DNA from: a virus
Reading direction: 5' to 3' (one strand)
DNA: 64,000 nt
IMG/VR virus record: IMGVR_UViG_3300045988_088815
Location: 58,691-122,690 of that record
The translations under genes and the position numbers were made by a program. This document shows positions 15,384 through 24,150 of this stretch, piece by piece. Numbering within the stretch: position 1 is the first letter of the stretch; every line of letters begins with the position of its first letter. The notes beneath the pieces were generated by a model. The model ran no database searches, was not told where the DNA came from, and saw only the letters and a list, made by a program, of their open reading frames with translations.

Positions 15384-15623
15384 ATGAAGGAAATGTTCTT
15401 TAAAAGTGTAAAGTTCCGTGAAGTTCAGCATTTGGCATTCTCGGATGAATATATAACTGCATACGTATCGGTGAACCATGTTCCTAAGATACACCTAAGT
15501 GTAAATACACCTCGTGATGAATATGGGTTTGCGAAAGGTAAATCAAAGCGTTACTTTAGAGTGGGGTTTGGAAAATGGCTCACCGAACGAGTGTTTGTTA
15601 AGAAATATTTTAGTGAAGAATAA
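15384..15623 (+). CDS. hypothetical phage protein
   Basis: ORF track. Confidence 0.5.
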   Translation: MKEMFFKSVKFREVQHLAFSDEYITAYVSVNHVPKIHLSVNTPRDEYGFAKGKSKRYFRVGFGKWLTERVFVKKYFSEE

Positions 15624-16634
15624 ATGAATATAAAAAAGTCAGATATGGGAAATAAGATTAATGTAGCGGAAATCCTAAAGGATAAGCCGCAAGGAACTAA
15701 GTTGTACGACTTATTACGCAATATAGACGTAGAGTTAGATAAAGTCAACACAACAGACGTTGGTACTTATATAGAATGTACATCAACTAATGAAGTAGGC
15801 AGTACTCTTTTGTTTGATTATTCAAAACTAGGTACAGAAAAATGCTGGCTTGCAGGCTTACGGATTCTCCTTCCTTCTAAGAATATGCGTGACTGGGGCA
15901 AATTCGCATGGAAGAAGGGCGATGTGCTTATCAATAGTTGTGGATTTCAGTGCATTTTCAAAGAATGGGCATCTGATGATTATACAAAGTTCAACGGATG
16001 CTATTCTAATAGTAGGGATGGTTACGAAGACGTATCAAATGCAGAAACAGCTAAGTTTGTCAAGTTAGATAACAATATTGCCTATGGATATGTCAGAGAG
16101 ATTGAAAGAAAATTAGGTGGCATACTAAACCTTGAAACTTTGGATATTGAGAAGGCTCAGCCAGAGTACAAGGATGGTGATATACTATGTGTAATTGAAA
16201 GTTCTAACAATTATCACTATATACTTATATACGAAGGTCAAGATGATGAACATATTTATCGCTATGTAACAATGCTTGAGAATAATTCTTTAATTATAGA
16301 AAAGGGTTCTTATTTTACAAAACCAAAAGACTATTCTATGCGCTATGCCACAGAAGAAGAGAAGCAGCAGCTCTTTGACGCTCTCTCAAAGAAAGACAAG
16401 GCTTGGGATGCTGAGAAGAAAATGATTGTTGATTTGAAGAAAAAAGTCGAGCTTAAACCTTTTGATAAGGTTGTAGTAAGATGTAGCGAAGCAGATAGAT
16501 GGTCTATAGATTTCTTTAGTTATAAAGCACCTAACGGATATATATGTACAGGAGACGCTTGGTTTGGATATTGTCTTCCTTACAATGAGGAGACTGCAAA
16601 GTTAATAGGTACAACTAAAAATATGGAGGTTTAA
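15624..16634 (+). CDS. hypothetical phage protein, paralog of 55570-56532
   Basis: shared VAEILKDKP, MRDWGKFAWKKGDVL and KAWDAEKK.IVDLK.KVELKPFDKV. Confidence 0.7.
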   Translation: MNIKKSDMGNKINVAEILKDKPQGTKLYDLLRNIDVELDKVNTTDVGTYIECTSTNEVGSTLLFDYSKLGTEKCWLAGLRILLPSKNMRDWGKFAWKKGDVLINSCGFQCIFKEWASDDYTKFNGCYSNSRDGYEDVSNAETAKFVKLDNNIAYGYVREIERKLGGILNLETLDIEKAQPEYKDGDILCVIESSNNYHYILIYEGQDDEHIYRYVTMLENNSLIIEKGSYFTKPKDYSMRYATEEEKQQLFDALSKKDKAWDAEKKMIVDLKKKVELKPFDKVVVRCSEADRWSIDFFSYKAPNGYICTGDAWFGYCLPYNEETAKLIGTTKNMEV

Positions 16635-16637
16635 GAT

Positions 16638-16784
16638 ATGGACGAAGCTTTTAAGAAGGAACTTATAGAGCATTGTAAAAGGCAAATGCAACGCTTTGAG
16701 AGAATGGGAAGAACAGATTCTTTCGCATATAAAGAACATGCTGTTTTACTTAGTTTTCTTGAACGTCCATATTTACCTTTTTAA
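16638..16784 (+). CDS. small hypothetical protein
   Basis: manual ORF; GGAGG upstream. Confidence 0.4.
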   Translation: MDEAFKKELIEHCKRQMQRFERMGRTDSFAYKEHAVLLSFLERPYLPF

Positions 16785-16797
16785 TATAGTAATAGTT

Positions 16798-17196
16798 ATG
16801 ATAGACATAAAGAAAAAAATCCAAGCCGCCAGAGATTACGCAAGAAAAAGCTATCGTGTAATCAGAAAGGTTAGCAAAAACGGCTTTATGGTTCAAAGAG
16901 ATAAAAATGCCGATAAGCATTTCTTGGATGGCATTGATTGGGCAGAGAAAGAGATATTCAAAGATTTGATTCATAATGCTAACGAAGTTCCTCAAATTGG
17001 CAGAGGAAGGATTCTTGCATACTCAAGAGACTGCGGTTATAGAAATCTTTACAACCTATACGATATGATGTACAAGACTGATTGCGGCACATATCAAGAA
17101 ATGTGGGAATTAGAAGTTAAAGCTTACTATTTGGATGGTTGGATATACGCAGATGAATTGTTTGACTTAATTATCAAAGGAGGTGATAGCAAATGA
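16798..17196 (+). CDS. hypothetical phage protein, paralog of 56774-57178
   Basis: shared YQEMWE....DELFDLI.KGG C-terminus. Confidence 0.6.
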   Translation: MIDIKKKIQAARDYARKSYRVIRKVSKNGFMVQRDKNADKHFLDGIDWAEKEIFKDLIHNANEVPQIGRGRILAYSRDCGYRNLYNLYDMMYKTDCGTYQEMWELEVKAYYLDGWIYADELFDLIIKGGDSK

Positions 17197-17366
17197 CCGA
17201 TGCAGAATTTAATAAGTTTGTGCTTATGCTAGAGAATGAAGCGTTTCGGTTTTCGAGAAGCCAAAACGAATTTAAGGAACATCGAGTAGTGATAGAACAG
17301 TCTTTCAAGATAGGAGGGATGTTCATCCTTCGAGAGTTGGAAAAGTATTTTAATCAAAAGAAGTAA
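17193..17366 (+). CDS. small hypothetical protein
   Basis: manual ORF; ATGA overlap; GGAGG upstream. Confidence 0.45.
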   Translation: MTDAEFNKFVLMLENEAFRFSRSQNEFKEHRVVIEQSFKIGGMFILRELEKYFNQKK

Positions 17367-17370
17367 GCGT

Positions 17371-17508
17371 ATGATATTATATGAGAATCAATGTTTTGAG
17401 CTTTTAAAAGCTTTGTGTTATAGTGTCCCACAGAATCCAAATGTCGGTAGGTTTGAGATTGCAAACGTGATACTTGACACATTACAAAAAATAAAAGATG
17501 CGGATTAA
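17371..17508 (+). CDS. small hypothetical protein
   Basis: manual ORF; GTAAGCGTATG junction. Confidence 0.35.
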   Translation: MILYENQCFELLKALCYSVPQNPNVGRFEIANVILDTLQKIKDAD

Positions 17509-17535
17509 CAGCTTTCGGGCACAAATTTAAAGATA

Positions 17536-17712
17536 ATGACAAAGGAAGAAATATTGGAAAAGGCATCTGATTTTGAGGATGAAGATGAGTTTGTGAAGTG
17601 TGATAGATTGCCGTTCACTGAAGAATTGTGGCTTTTACATCAGCTAGTGCATATCGGCTTGTCTTGCACCTATACAGGTCGTGGCTATATAATTGAGAAA
17701 CTTAAAGATTAG
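17536..17712 (+). CDS. small hypothetical protein
   Basis: manual ORF, 58 aa. Confidence 0.4.
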   Translation: MTKEEILEKASDFEDEDEFVKCDRLPFTEELWLLHQLVHIGLSCTYTGRGYIIEKLKD

Positions 17713-17716
17713 TAAA

Positions 17717-18493
17717 ATGGAAGCGAATGATTATTTGAAGGCTATGCAAGCTATGGACGAATTGGATAGACTTGTAACTAGTGTTTATCCGGATAAGTTC
17801 AAGTTGGTCTGCAAGAAGCATGGAATAGATGAATGCGAGGCGATGAACATGTATTCGTACTTGCAAAAGATGCATAAAGGTCAGTCTTGGTTAGTTAGAT
17901 ACAAGCCATTGGAATATCTAGAGCGTGTGTTAACACTAGCCAAAGAAGCTTATGCGTCTTACATGAACAACGGCTTGATTCTAAGTATGGTCAATTTTGG
18001 TGATAAGTATACAAGAATACTTGTAATATTTGAGAAAGATGGCGTAAGAAGCCAACAAGAATTTGACCTTAGAGAGCAAAGAACATATGTTGATATAGCG
18101 GACTTTATTGGAAATGGTTACTCCATCGTATCTGTTATCCGTCAGTCTGACAATGTTGATAGCGAAAAGTTTGTTGGAGAAAAGGATGAACGAAGTCATA
18201 GTATTCCTATTTACGATGGTGATGTAATGCTTTGTTACGTGAATAAACCGGAATTTTGGAGTTCAGATTGGCGTAATAGCGGACTTTATATTTGTGAGAG
18301 CGGCTCATATCATAGATTGCTATACACCCCGAATAAGGGGTACGTAAGACATGGAGAGCCTGATGTAGATGAAGACTTCACACTTGATATTGGGGAAGAA
18401 TCCTTCAGTAGTTATGTTATGACTTTAACCCAGTCTTGGTATAAGTTGGGTAATGTTCATGCAGGTATAGGCTTTTTGAAGGAGAAAGAATAG
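17717..18493 (+). CDS. hypothetical phage protein
   Basis: ORF track 17693-18493; ATG at 17717. Confidence 0.6.
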   Translation: MEANDYLKAMQAMDELDRLVTSVYPDKFKLVCKKHGIDECEAMNMYSYLQKMHKGQSWLVRYKPLEYLERVLTLAKEAYASYMNNGLILSMVNFGDKYTRILVIFEKDGVRSQQEFDLREQRTYVDIADFIGNGYSIVSVIRQSDNVDSEKFVGEKDERSHSIPIYDGDVMLCYVNKPEFWSSDWRNSGLYICESGSYHRLLYTPNKGYVRHGEPDVDEDFTLDIGEESFSSYVMTLTQSWYKLGNVHAGIGFLKEKE

Positions 18494-18514
18494 AAGTGTT
18501 AAAGGAGAGGAATA

Positions 18515-18720
18515 TCATTTCCCCTCCTTTGCCTTAATCTCCAGCTCGATAGGCTTGCCGCAATGGGGGCAGATGATAGCCGGAGATTGCGGAACGGATG
18601 GCTGCTCTGGTTGTAGTTCCTTTGGTGTCTCCTTGTAGAATAGCCTCCAATAGGCACATCTAATATTTCGGCAATACGTACCAATGCTTCAAACGATGGG
18701 TTCGCTTTATTAAAAGTCCT
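18515..18720 (-). pseudogene. 5'-truncated, frameshifted XRE-type HTH gene remnant
   Basis: minus strand reads ..NKANPSFEALVRIAEILDVPI, then needs a frame change to ..LFYKETPKE..ICPHCGKPIELEIKAKEGK*; no start codon or first helices. Confidence 0.55.
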
Positions 18721-18782
18721 AAAATCAAGTATAAGTATTGTTATTATTTAAGCAAATCTTTTGTTATCTAAAGAATTTTTCT

Positions 18783-18820
18783 TATCTTTGCATACATAAA
18801 GTGAGTCACACAAAAAACTG
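18783..18820 (+). promoter_or_regulatory. -7 box TATCTTTG plus leader motif GTGAGTCACAC..AAAAACTG
   Basis: same architecture as the other leader copies. Confidence 0.55.
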
Positions 18821-18827
18821 AAAAATT

Positions 18828-19544
18828 ATGGAAATTGACAAAAACAAAGTGTATTATTCAAAGGAAGGCTTTGCCTTTCATGTAGTGAAGTATAATGCAA
18901 AAAGTAATTATTGTGTATGCTTTGCTTACGAGCAAGGGTTTATGCAAAGTATTCTGATAACCGAGTTAGATAATTTCCCATCTTTTAAGCTGTATGGAAA
19001 AGCTTATTTCGATGTAAATGTGATAGAAGAATATGATAAGAAAAGAAAGTCTTTGGCATTTAGAACATGGAGTAGTATATTACACCGAGTTGGGGAATTT
19101 AGTTATAAAAATGTTGATGTTTGTAAGGAATGGTTATTATTCTCACGTTTTGAGATTTTTCATAATAAATGGTATAAAAAAGGATTTGTGATAGATAAAG
19201 ATTTACTATCTGGAGAGGATAAGATTTATTCTCCTAATACTTGCACTTACATGCCGGGTTATTTAAACAATTCTATTAGTTCAGAATTTAATAACCATCT
19301 TTATTCTTTTAGTTACTCGAAAGGTCAATATAGTTTTGTTATAGCGGAAGTAAAGACAAGAGTTTGGGCAAAGACTTTAAAGGACATAATTCATAAGTTT
19401 GCTGTATACAGGTGTATGCGTGTGCGGACTTATTATAATACTTGTTGTAAAGACTTACGTCCAGAGGCAAGGGAAAAAATTAATAAGGTGTATCAAGTGG
19501 AATATTTGGAGAGGCACATAAAGGAACACTTAAAGGAGGATTAA
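18828..19544 (+). CDS. hypothetical protein; possibly a degenerate HNH/homing-endonuclease-like protein
   Basis: ..VCKEWLLFSRFEIF..VIDKDLLSGEDKIYSPNTCTYMP..LN resembles HNH_3-type cores but lacks a clear His; weak. Confidence 0.5.
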   Translation: MEIDKNKVYYSKEGFAFHVVKYNAKSNYCVCFAYEQGFMQSILITELDNFPSFKLYGKAYFDVNVIEEYDKKRKSLAFRTWSSILHRVGEFSYKNVDVCKEWLLFSRFEIFHNKWYKKGFVIDKDLLSGEDKIYSPNTCTYMPGYLNNSISSEFNNHLYSFSYSKGQYSFVIAEVKTRVWAKTLKDIIHKFAVYRCMRVRTYYNTCCKDLRPEAREKINKVYQVEYLERHIKEHLKED

Positions 19545-19610
19545 TCCTCCTTAAGTTGATTCCCATATTAATAGGTCTACCCCAAAGAAGACAAGCTAAC
19601 TTGGTTGGCA

Positions 19611-19934
19611 CTATTTCATATTTGAAGAAGTTTCCAGCTTATCAACAATAGAACGAAGTTCTTGCAAGGAAGACGCTACAAATGTATCTCCATTTTCTGA
19701 GCGGACAAATGCACAGAAGTTAAACCTAGGTGAACACTCGTAGTAGATGTCTTCTGGGTCAACAAACAATTGCCAAGTTGGAACACCAAGAAGTTGTGCC
19801 ATTTCTTCCAACCTCGCTTTTGTAGGGTTGCCATTGATAATGTTAGGGATACTTTGCTTGGTTATCCCTAACATCTTAGCAAAAGTAGTCTTTGTGATGC
19901 CTTTTTGCTTTAATATTTCTTCTAGTCTATACAT
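19611..19934 (-). CDS. XRE-family HTH transcriptional regulator (repressor-like)
   Basis: ILKQKGITKTTFAKMLGITKQSIPNIINGNPTKARLEEMAQLLGV. Confidence 0.8.
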   Translation of the reverse strand: MYRLEEILKQKGITKTTFAKMLGITKQSIPNIINGNPTKARLEEMAQLLGVPTWQLFVDPEDIYYECSPRFNFCAFVRSENGDTFVASSLQELRSIVDKLETSSNMK

Positions 19935-20121
19935 ATTATATATATATTAAATGATTGTACGAACTTATTCGTTTGCAAAGGTACGATTAAATTACGAAAG
20001 TAAGAAGAAAATATTACTAATAAATGTGAATAAACATGATGGTTTGAATATATTCGTACTAACGAAGGTTAAATATAAGAAGATTTTCATACTTTCTCTT
20101 GGTAATATGAGAAGATATTCG

Positions 20122-20129
20122 TACCTTTG
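20122..20129 (+). promoter_or_regulatory. -7 box TACCTTTG of the rightward promoter, divergent from the XRE gene
   Basis: mirrored leftward -7 box CAAAGGTA at about 19976-19983. Confidence 0.5.
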
Positions 20130-20218
20130 CAATGTCTTTAAGAGATAAAGGCTTTAAAGTTTAACTATTAATTGCTGTTATGCAGCCGAGTCGGCACTCG
20201 TAAAACGGTATAGTGATT

Positions 20219-20548
20219 ATGGCTACTACATTAAGAAATACATTGAGTGAGGTAATGAAGCTTGCTTGGCAGTTCATCAAGAAGAACGGCTATACAATGA
20301 GCGAGGCTTTAAAGGTTGCTTGGATGAACATCAAGCTGAAGGGTCAGATGAAGAAGCGCATCGTGAAGTTCTACTTTCAGAAGGTTGATGGCAGCTTGCG
20401 TGAGGCATTCGGCACATTGAGCGAGAAGGTTATCCCAGCTACACAGGGTGCAGGTCGCAAGATGAATGACACTTGTCAAGTGTACTTCGATACCGAGAAA
20501 GAAGAATGGCGTTGCTTCAAGAAGGCAAACCTTATGAGAGTTGCATAA
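20219..20548 (+). CDS. DUF2693-like (SH3 beta-barrel) protein
   Basis: VKFYFQKVDGSLREAFGTL...VYFDTEKEEWRCFKKANL; by-eye family match. Confidence 0.45.
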   Translation: MATTLRNTLSEVMKLAWQFIKKNGYTMSEALKVAWMNIKLKGQMKKRIVKFYFQKVDGSLREAFGTLSEKVIPATQGAGRKMNDTCQVYFDTEKEEWRCFKKANLMRVA

Positions 20549-20580
20549 CAGATTTCTAACGATTTAAAAAGAAACTAGAT

Positions 20581-20880
20581 ATGAGCGCAAAGATTATCGT
20601 GATGCAAGGCAACATGGTTGCAACCATCGAAGAGACGAACAAGGACGCATTTCTCAAGCGTGGAGAGTATAAAGAGACCGAGCTAGACAAACGCAAGCGT
20701 GAGGTTGATTTCTTGATTACAAGCATCGCAAACCGCTACGAAGTGACATTCAATCACAAGGTAGAGCTGAAAGAAAGCCGAAGCATCAAGAAAAGCGAGT
20801 ATTTCGATAACATCTACTACGTTACCGAGAACGCATTGAACAAGCTGAAAAAGCAATACTCATACGAGTGTGACTTGTAA
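20581..20880 (+). CDS. hypothetical phage protein
   Basis: ORF track. Confidence 0.55.
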   Translation: MSAKIIVMQGNMVATIEETNKDAFLKRGEYKETELDKRKREVDFLITSIANRYEVTFNHKVELKESRSIKKSEYFDNIYYVTENALNKLKKQYSYECDL

Positions 20881-20941
20881 TAGATTTCGTGAGGCACACG
20901 CTAAACTGCACCGGACTTTGAACATTAAATATTTAAGAGAT

Positions 20942-21238
20942 ATGGATAAGAATTTGAAGGATGCTCTTTATGTTGAGCATAATGGCAGGATTGGTGTTTT
21001 AAGCTCAGATGAGAATAAGGTGGTATCGCAGGTTATCGGCACGGATTTGACGCTTGTGTACGACAAGAAAGAGGGTAATACGTACCTTTTGATACCACTA
21101 ACCCGAAACCATAAGTTCGAATGCAAAAGTAGCCACATTATCGTGGATGGCAAGCGGTTCGATTCTGACATCTTTTTCCGCAAGGATGCTTGCCAATGGA
21201 TTGAGATTGACAAAGAAACGTTATCTAAGGTAGCGTAA
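20942..21238 (+). CDS. hypothetical phage protein
   Basis: ORF track 20870-21238 (GTG start); first ATG at 20942. Confidence 0.5.
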   Translation: MDKNLKDALYVEHNGRIGVLSSDENKVVSQVIGTDLTLVYDKKEGNTYLLIPLTRNHKFECKSSHIIVDGKRFDSDIFFRKDACQWIEIDKETLSKVA

Positions 21239-21258
21239 GAAATAATGATGTTTAAGCT

Positions 21259-21516
21259 ATGAAAGTATATGTAGTAATTTCTTCATACCAACATGGATTG
21301 GGTGAAGCAGTGGAGGTTGATGCAGAAGTCTTCTCTACCATAGATAAGGCAAGAAAAGCGATAAGACACAAAGGGATGAACACTTTGGAGAATTACAAGC
21401 GAGTTTTGAATTGCGATGATTATCTATACAATATCTCAGATTCTTTCTTTCATATCTCAGACAGCGAAGGAGAGACGTGGGATAATTTCGATGTTGTAGA
21501 ACGAGAAGTAAAGTAA
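21259..21516 (+). CDS. hypothetical phage protein
   Basis: ORF track. Confidence 0.55.
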   Translation: MKVYVVISSYQHGLGEAVEVDAEVFSTIDKARKAIRHKGMNTLENYKRVLNCDDYLYNISDSFFHISDSEGETWDNFDVVEREVK

Positions 21517-21523
21517 TAAGACT

Positions 21524-21769
21524 ATGGATATTAAGATTATCAAAGACATCTTAGATGATGCAAAGGAGTGCGGTTGCATTGCTGGTATTTCACTCTCTAA
21601 TGGGCAGTTAACTCATGCAAACTTTAGCAAATCAAAGTTATTTGATTTTACTGCCGATGTTCTTTATAACAAAAAAAAGCATTTGATAACTATACTTGCT
21701 GAGAACGGAAACAGAGATTACATTGATAGTGACACTATCATACGTATCTTTATTAGAGAAGGTGTTTAA
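21524..21769 (+). CDS. hypothetical phage protein (tandem paralog pair)
   Basis: ORF track; similar to 21789-22037. Confidence 0.5.
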   Translation: MDIKIIKDILDDAKECGCIAGISLSNGQLTHANFSKSKLFDFTADVLYNKKKHLITILAENGNRDYIDSDTIIRIFIREGV

Positions 21770-21788
21770 CAATTAATTATAGGAGAAT

Positions 21789-22037
21789 ATGGATGCAGGT
21801 CATGTGAATGTGATATTAGGCGAAGCCGAGGACAAAGGTCTTAGAGGAAATATCAACTTGGTAGGTGGAGCAAAAATAAGTTTTGACTTCAATGGTATTG
21901 GTATTGAAACATCTTTCAATTGCAATACAAAGAACAGAACACTTATGATTGGAAGTGGAAGTACAGTAGTGTTTACACGTAAATATATTGATTGTAGCTC
22001 TATCCAGTATATTGAAGTGTTTGAACGTACAAAATAA
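21789..22037 (+). CDS. hypothetical phage protein (tandem paralog pair)
   Basis: ORF track; AATTATAGGAGA upstream, as at 22055. Confidence 0.5.
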   Translation: MDAGHVNVILGEAEDKGLRGNINLVGGAKISFDFNGIGIETSFNCNTKNRTLMIGSGSTVVFTRKYIDCSSIQYIEVFERTK

Positions 22038-22054
22038 TTATAGGAGATAAGAAT

Positions 22055-22339
22055 ATGGATATATTAGATTATTATGAGGTTATAACTTCAAAGATTTTCA
22101 AGTTGGAAAGCATGAACGAGGGGCTTGTATTGATAGCACCGGAGCAGGAGGTAGATGGAGTCCGTTCCTTGATGGTGGGATTATATGTTCCTGAGCATGA
22201 ACGATACAAGATGTACACTTTCCGTTCCTCTATGAATGAGGGTGAACTAAGTGACAAGTACAAGGCAATGGTCTGCACGATGGATGTTCTTAAACCGGAT
22301 TGGGATAGAATAAGAAAGAAAAGACGGAAGAGGTTCTAA
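22055..22339 (+). CDS. hypothetical phage protein
   Basis: ORF track. Confidence 0.55.
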   Translation: MDILDYYEVITSKIFKLESMNEGLVLIAPEQEVDGVRSLMVGLYVPEHERYKMYTFRSSMNEGELSDKYKAMVCTMDVLKPDWDRIRKKRRKRF

Positions 22340-22504
22340 CCTCTTACCGCCTTAAGTACAGAAGAAACATACTTGATGGTTATTTATCTGAATACATCAA
22401 GCAAAAGTGTGTTGAAATATCAGAGAATGCAAATTATTTCAAGATTATTTTTAGAAAAGATGAAAATAAATTAGAGTTTTCTTGCATTTCTCGAAGGTTT
22501 TTAT

Positions 22505-22512
22505 TACCTTTG
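22505..22512 (+). promoter_or_regulatory. -7 box TACCTTTG
   Basis: upstream of the ASCH gene. Confidence 0.5.
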
Positions 22513-22540
22513 CGAATGTAAACAACAAAACAATGAGCTT

Positions 22541-22945
22541 ATGAAAGTATTATCTATTCGCCAGCCGTATGCTTGGTTAATCGCTATCGGCTGCAAGACC
22601 ATTGAAAACAGAACCTGGAATAGAAAGTTCCGTGGTCGTTTCCTTATTCATGCAAGCCAAGCCAAACCCGAAAAACTTGACGGATGGCAGGAGAGCGCAA
22701 TGAAGAAATATTGCCAAGAGCATGGTATTGTTATTCCAGACTTCAAAGACTTACCAACGTCAGCCATTATCGGCAGTGTAGAATTGGATGATATTCAATT
22801 TCATGAGGCTTATCCGGATGCGTTTGCTGAAGATTTCCAATATCATTGGTTCTTGAAGAATGCTAAATTGTTCGATGAGCCGATTAGAAACGTCAAAGGC
22901 AAGTTATTCCTCTGGGATTATGAGTACAATGAAGCCGAAAAGTAA
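22541..22945 (+). CDS. ASCH-domain protein
   Basis: MKVLSIRQPYAWLIAIGCKTIENRTW..RFLIHAS. Confidence 0.75.
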   Translation: MKVLSIRQPYAWLIAIGCKTIENRTWNRKFRGRFLIHASQAKPEKLDGWQESAMKKYCQEHGIVIPDFKDLPTSAIIGSVELDDIQFHEAYPDAFAEDFQYHWFLKNAKLFDEPIRNVKGKLFLWDYEYNEAEK

Positions 22946-23060
22946 AATAACAATACTTATGTAATAAAAATACAAGTCGTTGGAAATTAGCGCAAAAGTG
23001 CTTGTGGGTCTAAGAGGTAAATAAGGAAATAATATAAACATATTGTAAAATATTGAAGTT

Positions 23061-23777
23061 ATGAAGAAGAAATTGATTATTGCCATCATCGCAGCTATCG
23101 TTGTGCTAGGTGGCGGCATTGGTGGCTATGTGTATCATTCTAACCAAGTTAAGGCAGAAAAAATGGCTAATTACAAGAAGGCGTTGTCTGATTATCGCTT
23201 CAATAGCAACAGATTAATATATTCTTTGGATTTCGTAGTAACGGATTTTATAATCAATTGGAACTCGGCTATAACGAATAAAAAGGCTATGAACACAAAG
23301 AACGAAATCGTTCCTTGCTCCGATTTCGAGGATGCCGTTTCTTTTCGATATGCCTTCTATGATAAGTATGGCGCATATAAGATTTTAGATAGCGTATATG
23401 TCTCATTAGGAAAACATTTGGAAAAGATGCGTGTAAATGCTAATGAAGAACAGCAAAAAATCGTAGAAACCTGTAGTAATGAATACAGGGAGTTGAATAA
23501 TGCTATTGTTCTTGTGAAAAAGCCTTATGGCGCATTGGTGCAATATTCTAAACAGAAAGGAGACTTATTCTTTAAACTTTATGCTTTTGATAGCGAATTG
23601 GCTAAAGTTTCTCCATTGGAAGAAGATAAGGGCGATGAGAGAACAAAAGCAATGAATATGGAATTATACGGAACGCATTTGTTTGTTACGGCAGACTTTG
23701 ACAAAGAACCGCAAAAGGCAAAAAAGCAAAGTTATACGTTTAGTAACATCACTACAAATTGGATTTATTTAAAATGA
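23061..23777 (+). CDS. membrane-anchored hypothetical protein
   Basis: N-terminal TM helix KKLIIAIIAAIVVLGGGIGGYVY. Confidence 0.6.
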   Translation: MKKKLIIAIIAAIVVLGGGIGGYVYHSNQVKAEKMANYKKALSDYRFNSNRLIYSLDFVVTDFIINWNSAITNKKAMNTKNEIVPCSDFEDAVSFRYAFYDKYGAYKILDSVYVSLGKHLEKMRVNANEEQQKIVETCSNEYRELNNAIVLVKKPYGALVQYSKQKGDLFFKLYAFDSELAKVSPLEEDKGDERTKAMNMELYGTHLFVTADFDKEPQKAKKQSYTFSNITTNWIYLK

Positions 23778-23863
23778 TGGTTCTATTTTAATATAGCGTA
23801 ATCTTTAAAATAGGTTTCTAAAAGAAAATAAAGTTCAAAAGAACAAAGAAATACACTAAATAG

Positions 23864-23895
23864 TTTGCGTGTTTCAGAAATTATGCTTACCTTTG
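23864..23895 (+). promoter_or_regulatory. Bacteroidota-type promoter (TTTG / TACCTTTG)
   Basis: 20-nt spacing; no ORF downstream. Confidence 0.55.
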
Positions 23896-24010
23896 CAAAC
23901 GAAATCAGAAATGGTTTTGTAGCTTCAATATTGCATTCTCTACATTAGCGATATTGGTAGCTACGTTTATACATAAGGCAATAGCTTTATAAGCTAGAAG
24001 TCATTAAATG

Positions 24011-24110
24011 AAGTGCAGTGTACAACAGAAAAGTGGTGTGAAGTGTAGTGGAGTGCGGTGAAGTCTAGTGTAGTAGGGTAAAGTGCAGTATGGTATAGTA
24101 CAGTATAGTG
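24011..24110 (+). repeat. 10 x 10-bp tandem direct repeat, consensus AAGTGYAGTG
   Basis: read directly; exact 10-bp phasing. Confidence 0.85.
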
Positions 24111-24137
24111 AGCCATCCTTCGGGGTGGCTCTTTTTT
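24110..24137 (+). terminator. intrinsic terminator
   Basis: GAGCCATCC-TTCG-GGGTGGCTC followed by T6. Confidence 0.8.
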
Positions 24138-24150
24138 GTTAACTGTGGTT

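Larger units (their letters stand above)
23902..24137 (+). ncRNA. candidate ~235-nt phage sRNA containing the 10-mer repeat array
   Basis: promoter, 5' long hairpin (~23918-23966), ten AGTG-type repeats, intrinsic terminator; longest ORF is 17 codons. Confidence 0.35.

Noticed and set aside
24008-24061. 17-codon Cys-containing ORF (MKCSVQQKSGVKCSGVR) within the repeat array
   Set aside because: It is too short, has no start context, and its 'repeats' simply reflect the DNA periodicity. All three frames are stop-rich.
24011-24110. The 10-mer array as a CRISPR array or retron msr/msd
   Set aside because: The units are contiguous 10-mers with no spacers, so this is not a CRISPR array. No reverse transcriptase or flanking a1/a2 inverted repeats are present, so it is not a retron.
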